The translations under genes and the position numbers were made by a program. The notes below the pieces were generated by a model. That model did not search any database. It was given only the letters and a program-made list of their open reading frames with translations, and was not told the DNA's origin. This document shows positions 58,872-64,000 of a stretch of 64,000 nt of DNA, in pieces; position 1 is the stretch's first letter, and the number at the start of each line of letters is the position of its first letter. The DNA lies in assembly GCA_964403505.1 (NCBI GenBank), contig CAYOFP010000008.1, forward strand, positions 1,750 to 65,749, in the 5' to 3' direction. This stretch comes from an uncultured Lachnospiraceae bacterium (GTDB taxonomy: Bacteria > Bacillota > Clostridia > Oscillospirales > CAG-272).

Positions 58872-60038
58872 ATGCAACTGAATTTAGGTAATAAAATACG
58901 CGAACTGCGTCACCGCGACGGCCGCACGCAGGACGCGCTGGCAGAGGCACTCGGTGTAACAGCGCAAGCCGTTTCCCGATGGGAGTCCGGCGGCAGTTAT
59001 CCCGATGTGGAGATCATCCCTGTGATCGCAAATTATTTTCACATTTCAATTGATGTATTGTTCGGGTATCACGATGACCGGGAAGAAAAAATCAAAAGTA
59101 TTCTTGACCGTGCCACCGAGATTCTTACGCAGCAAGGTCGTTTAATATGTCAAGGAAGTATGTCGGAAGATGTGGAAGCGTGTATCAACATGCTACGGAC
59201 GGCGTCGGAAGAGTTTCCGAATGAACCGAAGATCCTCTTAAAACTCGCCCAAGCGCTCCATATGTGGGGATGGCATAAATACGGAGCAAAAGTACGCAAC
59301 GATGACGCTACCGGTATCATCGAAAATAATGTCGAATACAATGTGCAGAATATCTATTGGCAAGAAGCGATGCGTGTTTATGAAAAGGTTTTGAAATCGA
59401 ATCCGTCTACCGAAGATTATACAATCGCAGTCTGTCAAATCACCCAACTTTATTGCAGAATGGGCGAATACGAAAAGGCAAAGGCTCTTGCAAACGATCA
59501 ATCTCCTCTGATCATTTGCAAGGAAGTACTGCTGCCTTTAACCACCGTTGGTGAAGAAAAAGCACGCTATCAGGGAGAAAAGATAATGGCGCTCCTTTCA
59601 AGGTTGACATATGCTGTTTCTGAATCCGTTGCCTTGAGACCTGATGTTTCCGAATCAGAATACGGCAGACAACTGCTATTGTCCGTTATCAATCTGTATG
59701 AAACAATTTTTGTTGACGGCAGATGCGGAAAATACCACTGGGAGATCGGGCATTTGTATCAGAACTTAGCCCATTATGCAGCGTCAAATGACGGAGAAAT
59801 CGATACTGTACTTGATTATTTTGACAAAGGCTTTGACCACTGCAAAGAATATCAGCGCATTTGCGAAGAGGAAGAATACAGTTATTCCGCTCCGCTGGTA
59901 TCAAATCTGAAAAGCCTGACAAAAGGCGAACTTGCTCCCGTTGGTCAGGACTTTTGGGAAAAAGAACTCAAACGATATCCGCAAAATATCCGTGACGAAC
60001 TTCGCAAAAACCCCAAATATGCCGAATGCTTTGCATAA
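58872..60038 (+). CDS. XRE regulator with TPR-like C-terminal domain
   Basis: RTQDALAEALGVTAQAVSRWESGGSYPD. Confidence 0.88.
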   Translation: MQLNLGNKIRELRHRDGRTQDALAEALGVTAQAVSRWESGGSYPDVEIIPVIANYFHISIDVLFGYHDDREEKIKSILDRATEILTQQGRLICQGSMSEDVEACINMLRTASEEFPNEPKILLKLAQALHMWGWHKYGAKVRNDDATGIIENNVEYNVQNIYWQEAMRVYEKVLKSNPSTEDYTIAVCQITQLYCRMGEYEKAKALANDQSPLIICKEVLLPLTTVGEEKARYQGEKIMALLSRLTYAVSESVALRPDVSESEYGRQLLLSVINLYETIFVDGRCGKYHWEIGHLYQNLAHYAASNDGEIDTVLDYFDKGFDHCKEYQRICEEEEYSYSAPLVSNLKSLTKGELAPVGQDFWEKELKRYPQNIRDELRKNPKYAECFA

Positions 60039-60226
60039 TTCCCGTTATTATCATTTGAGGGATTAGGTATGGTGACGCATACGAAACAATATGCTTAGAC
60101 AGAAACGAAAAGGCCGCTTATGCGGCTTTTTCATGCCCGTTGATGAGGGCAACGCTTTATTGCTTGATTTTCATTATGATTTATGTTAGTATCAGAGTAC
60201 AAAACAACGATTGAGAGGGAACGATT

Positions 60227-60619
60227 ATGATCGGAAGGCATATTAAATCATTTCGTGAAAACAAGAATATTACTCAGTCTGAATTGGCGGACAAACTGTG
60301 CGTGACCCGACAGGCTGTTTCAAACTGGGAAAACGAAAAGACCGAGCCGGATATAGAAACACTGCATAAGATTGCGGATATTTTGGAAATATCTATCGAA
60401 GAGGTGATTTACGGTTCAAAGAGAGAGACGAACGTAGTACATAATCACTACACAACCGAGCAGGTCACAAAAACAGTATCAAAGGGTGTATCATTCGGCG
60501 GGGTGCTTGCGATGGTGATTTCCTATGTAAAATGGCACTCTATCGGGTGGGCGATATTGCACGGTGCGCTTAACTGGATCTATGTGATCTATTACGTGAT
60601 AAAATACGGGTGGTCTTAA
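60227..60619 (+). CDS. XRE HTH protein with short C-terminal membrane domain
   Basis: TQSELADKLCVTRQAVSNWENEKTEPD; GVSFGGVLAMVISY..WAILHGALNWIYVIYY. Confidence 0.85.
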   Translation: MIGRHIKSFRENKNITQSELADKLCVTRQAVSNWENEKTEPDIETLHKIADILEISIEEVIYGSKRETNVVHNHYTTEQVTKTVSKGVSFGGVLAMVISYVKWHSIGWAILHGALNWIYVIYYVIKYGWS

Positions 60620-60684
60620 ATAAGTTAAAAAAATATATAACAGAATGTATACACAGGATCTCGGTTTGTTGAAATTTAAAGAAG

Positions 60685-60880
60685 CTTTACGGCTTTAGAT
60701 GAGATTATATTACAGATACACCCCAAGGCTCCCCTTGCACAGAGGAGCCGGGGGATGCTGACAATTTATTCGCCTGATTACAGAGATTTCATTACTTCTT
60801 GATTTTGCACTCCGGGCAAAAAAGAGAAACGCCGGCAAGGCGCCTGCTGCTCCTGCAAAGAGCGTCGATACAGCCGAAAC
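60685..60880 (+). repeat. dispersed REP-like repeat, copy 2
   Basis: Identical 31-bp block at 60728-60758 plus the shared flanking blocks of 55870-56120. Confidence 0.65.
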
Positions 60881-61035
60881 CGAAGAATGATCATATAATT
60901 TAGAACTATATAAGACGCTGAGTTTGATACCTTTTCAAAGTATCCGGCCCGGCGCCTTTTTTCCTCTTGACAAATACTTCCATTCGTGATAGGATACAAA
61001 GTGAACGATTCATAAAGTAAACTTATGAGGTGACG

Positions 61036-61455
61036 ATGAAACAAACAGAAGATCTATTATTTGCCTGGCTGGCCCTGTCAAACACGATATGCAACGAGCG
61101 TTTGGTATCGGATATGCCGTTTAACGAAGCGCTGATCTGCAATCTGCTCGATCGCAGCGGCAGTGAGGGGATGTATGCCGCACAGCTGTGCGCACAGATC
61201 GGTATGCTCAAAAGTCAGATGAACCGCACCCTGAACAGCATGGAGCAAAAGCAGCTGATCCGCCGGGAGCGGTCGCAGACCGACCGTCGGCAGGTGCGGG
61301 TGTTTTTGAGACAAAACAGTCTGTACGAAAATCAGCACCGTAAGAGCATAGCACTTGTAAAAAAGATTATTGAACAATACGGAAAGGAACGGGCAGTCGC
61401 CCTGACGCATGAATTGCATGCGATCGCAGGTATCGCCCGGGAGGTATTATCATGA
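61036..61455 (+). CDS. MarR family regulator
   Basis: KSQMNRTLNSMEQKQLIRRERSQTDRRQVRV. Confidence 0.85.
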   Translation: MKQTEDLLFAWLALSNTICNERLVSDMPFNEALICNLLDRSGSEGMYAAQLCAQIGMLKSQMNRTLNSMEQKQLIRRERSQTDRRQVRVFLRQNSLYENQHRKSIALVKKIIEQYGKERAVALTHELHAIAGIAREVLS

Positions 61456-62663
61456 ATATATTTTTACGTATCGGATGCAGGATCTACCAGCGTGCATTCC
61501 GTCTAGCACTTCCGCTGTTACCGTACCGTGAGCCTGTCATCCTGCAAAGCATGGAGCAGATCGCATACCTGCTGCGGGAAAAACACAAGGAGCGTGTGCT
61601 GATCGTCACGGACGGGACCCTGTCACGGATCGGACTCACCGCACCGCTGACCGATGCGCTGAGTGCGGGTGATATCGCATTTACCGTATATGATAGAACG
61701 GTGCAAAATCCGACGATCGACAATGTCGAAGAGGCAAAAGAGATGTATTCAGACTTCGGTGCACAGGCGATCATCGCATTCGGCGGAGGCTCGTCACTTG
61801 ACTGCGCAAAGGCGGCGGGCGCACGTATCGTCCGACCGAAAATGAGCGTGCAGAAGATGAGAGGTCTGCTCAAAATTCACCGTAAACTGCCGCTTCTTAT
61901 CGCCATCCCGACTACCGCAGGTACGGGCAGTGAAACTACGCTTGCGGCGGTCATTACCGACGCTGAGACCCACTATAAATATCCGATCAACGATTTCTCT
62001 CTGATTCCGCATTATGCAGTGCTCGACCCGGAGATCACCCGTTCCTTGCCGCCCTCGCTCACTGCGACGACGGGCATGGATGCGCTGACCCATGCGGTCG
62101 AGGCGTATATCGGCGGCAGTACCACCGCACACACCCGTGCGATGGCGGTCGAGGCGGTGACTCTGATCTTCCGCTGGCTCGAGCGTGCGTACCGTGACGG
62201 AAACGACCTCGAGGCACGGGGGAAGATGCTGCGTGCATCCTACTGCGCCGGGATCGCCTTTACACAGTCCTATGTCGGTTATGTGCACGGCGTTGCCCAT
62301 TCGCTCGGCGGACAGTATTCCGTTCCGCACGGACTCGCAAATGCCGTCATCCTGCCGTATTTCCTTACCGAGTACGGGACGGCGTGTCAGAAAAAACTCG
62401 CTAAGCTCGCCCGGGCATGCGGACTGTGCGACGGGCAAATCGATGACGCTGATGCGGCGAAGGCGTTTATTGATAAAATAAAGCAGATGAACGCCGACAT
62501 GGGCATACCGGAGACCATCCCCGAGATACGGGAGGAGGATATCCCGCTCATGGCAAAGCGTGCGTCACGGGAGAGCAATCCGCTCTATCCCGTCCCCAAA
62601 CTGATGAACGCCGACGAGCTCGCATGCGTCTACCGAAAGATCGCAGGAAAGGAATCCGTATGA
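61452..62663 (+). CDS. iron-containing alcohol dehydrogenase
   Basis: GGGSSLD, PTTAGTGSE, GMDALTHAVE, HGVAH..PHGLAN. Confidence 0.92.
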   Translation: MNIFLRIGCRIYQRAFRLALPLLPYREPVILQSMEQIAYLLREKHKERVLIVTDGTLSRIGLTAPLTDALSAGDIAFTVYDRTVQNPTIDNVEEAKEMYSDFGAQAIIAFGGGSSLDCAKAAGARIVRPKMSVQKMRGLLKIHRKLPLLIAIPTTAGTGSETTLAAVITDAETHYKYPINDFSLIPHYAVLDPEITRSLPPSLTATTGMDALTHAVEAYIGGSTTAHTRAMAVEAVTLIFRWLERAYRDGNDLEARGKMLRASYCAGIAFTQSYVGYVHGVAHSLGGQYSVPHGLANAVILPYFLTEYGTACQKKLAKLARACGLCDGQIDDADAAKAFIDKIKQMNADMGIPETIPEIREEDIPLMAKRASRESNPLYPVPKLMNADELACVYRKIAGKESV

Positions 62664-64000
62664 ATATAAGCGAAATTTTCACAAAGCAAAAAGCATATTT
62701 TGAGAGCGGCGCAACACTGCCGTATAAGGCACGGCGTGCGGCGCTGAACGCTCTCGGCAAAGCGATCAAAGCGCACGAGGCCGAGCTTTCCGACGCACTG
62801 CACGCAGATTTAGGCAAGAGCCGTACGGAATCGTATATGTGCGAGATAGGACTTACTCTCTCGGAATTATCCTATCAGAAAAAGCACCTGCGTGGCTATA
62901 TGAAGGCACGCAGGCATCTCACGGGGCTCGCCAATTTCCCGGGACGCTCCTACACCGTGCGTAATCCTTACGGATGTGTGCTTGTCATGTCACCGTGGAA
63001 CTACCCGGTTCTGTTGACGCTCGAGCCGCTGATCGGCGCTATTGCGGCAGGCAACTGCTGTATTTTAAAGCCGTCGGCATACTCGCCTGCGATCTCCGCC
63101 GTAATCGCCCGGCTTATCCGATCCGTCTTTCCGCCCGAATATGTCGCCGTAGTCGAGGGAGGCAGAGCGGAAAATCAATCCCTGCTCGATCTGCCGTTCG
63201 ACTATATCTTCTTTACCGGCGGTGTTACGGTCGGAAAGACTGTCATGGAAAAGGCGGCGGCACACCTGACGCCGATCACGCTCGAACTGGGCGGAAAAAG
63301 CCCGTGTATTATCGATCGCACGGCAGATCTTTCCATCGCCGCAAAGCGGATCGCATTCGGAAAATACCTCAACTGCGGTCAGACCTGCGTCGCACCCGAC
63401 TATGTGCTGATCGACCCGACGGTAAAGGACGAATTTCTCGCCCGTCTGAAAAAAGAGATTACCGCCATGTACGGGGAAGCGCCGCTCGATAATCCCAACT
63501 ATGGTAAGATCATAAATCAAAAGCATTTCGACCGTCTCTGTACGCTTATCGACCCCGAAAAGGTCGTGATCGGCGGCGAACGGGACGCAGACGGCCTGCG
63601 CATTGCACCGACCGTTATGGACGGCGTGACATCTTACGATGCGGTCATGGGCGAGGAGATCTTCGGTCCTGTTCTGCCCGTGCTCACCTACGATTCGATC
63701 GAGCAGGCGCAGGCGTTTGTCCGTGAACGGCCGCATCCGCTCGCATGCTATCTGTTCACCCGTGATAAGGCGCTCATGCGACGTTTCCGTGATGCATGGC
63801 AGTTCGGCGGCGGATGTATCAACGATACGGTCATTCACCTCGCCACCTCCCGTATGCCGTTCGGCGGCGTGGGCGGCAGCGGTATGGGCGCTTACCACGG
63901 CCGTCGGAGCTTTGAGACCTTCACGCATGAAAAGAGCATCGTCAAACGCTCCTGCCTGTGCGATATTCCCGTGCGAAATCAGCCGTATTCCTCCCTTAAG
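62660..64000 (+). CDS. aldehyde dehydrogenase (ALDH3-like), 3' end outside window
   Basis: Frame from ATG 62660 gives SPWNYP, FFTGG, LELGGKSP, CGQTCVAPDY, EEIFGP and PFGGVGGSG. It is absent from the ORF track, consistent with running off the window. Confidence 0.92.
   Translation, partial: MNISEIFTKQKAYFESGATLPYKARRAALNALGKAIKAHEAELSDALHADLGKSRTESYMCEIGLTLSELSYQKKHLRGYMKARRHLTGLANFPGRSYTVRNPYGCVLVMSPWNYPVLLTLEPLIGAIAAGNCCILKPSAYSPAISAVIARLIRSVFPPEYVAVVEGGRAENQSLLDLPFDYIFFTGGVTVGKTVMEKAAAHLTPITLELGGKSPCIIDRTADLSIAAKRIAFGKYLNCGQTCVAPDYVLIDPTVKDEFLARLKKEITAMYGEAPLDNPNYGKIINQKHFDRLCTLIDPEKVVIGGERDADGLRIAPTVMDGVTSYDAVMGEEIFGPVLPVLTYDSIEQAQAFVRERPHPLACYLFTRDKALMRRFRDAWQFGGGCINDTVIHLATSRMPFGGVGGSGMGAYHGRRSFETFTHEKSIVKRSCLCDIPVRNQPYSSLK

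Noticed and set aside
62974-63928. ORFs 62974-63492 (+) and 63065-63928 (-)
   Set aside because: Alternative frames over the aldehyde dehydrogenase, which runs off the window.

Overview
Chromosomal window from a probable spore-forming Clostridia (Bacillota) bacterium; no tools were run, and all calls come from motif reading. About 1-30 kb is accessory DNA. It holds a tRNA 3'-end remnant, an HNH (McrA-like) nuclease, a 320-bp MITE-like element, XRE-family regulators and a glutaminase A pseudogene. It also holds a 2213-aa Sec-signal WapA/Rhs polymorphic toxin followed by seven orphan Rhs-core cassettes, six with a distinct C-terminal toxin (CT) and candidate immunity genes. Directly convergent with this array is a RiPP-like modification cassette with no visible precursor: radical SAM/SPASM, PqqD, soluble S26 peptidase, HprK-like kinase, ArsR regulator, and a divergent nucleotidyltransferase fused to a CBM9/DOMON-like domain. 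About 30-51 kb is mostly housekeeping (polar amino-acid ABC transporter, nagB, eno, khpA-rpsP-ffh-ylxM, argS, yebC, DD-carboxypeptidase, MATE, ABC, malic enzyme, deacetylases). At 51-55.7 kb a tyrosine recombinase lies next to a 260-bp segment bounded by perfect 18-bp dif-like inverted repeats. The segment carries a sigma-A promoter pointing away from a 1175-aa surface protein, which fits a phase-variable invertible promoter in the OFF state. The rest holds spoVAF/gerA, tRNA-Arg(ACG), a hairpin-array repeat, GNAT, XRE regulators and marR-ADH-ALDH. No CRISPR array, rRNA or reverse transcriptase was seen.
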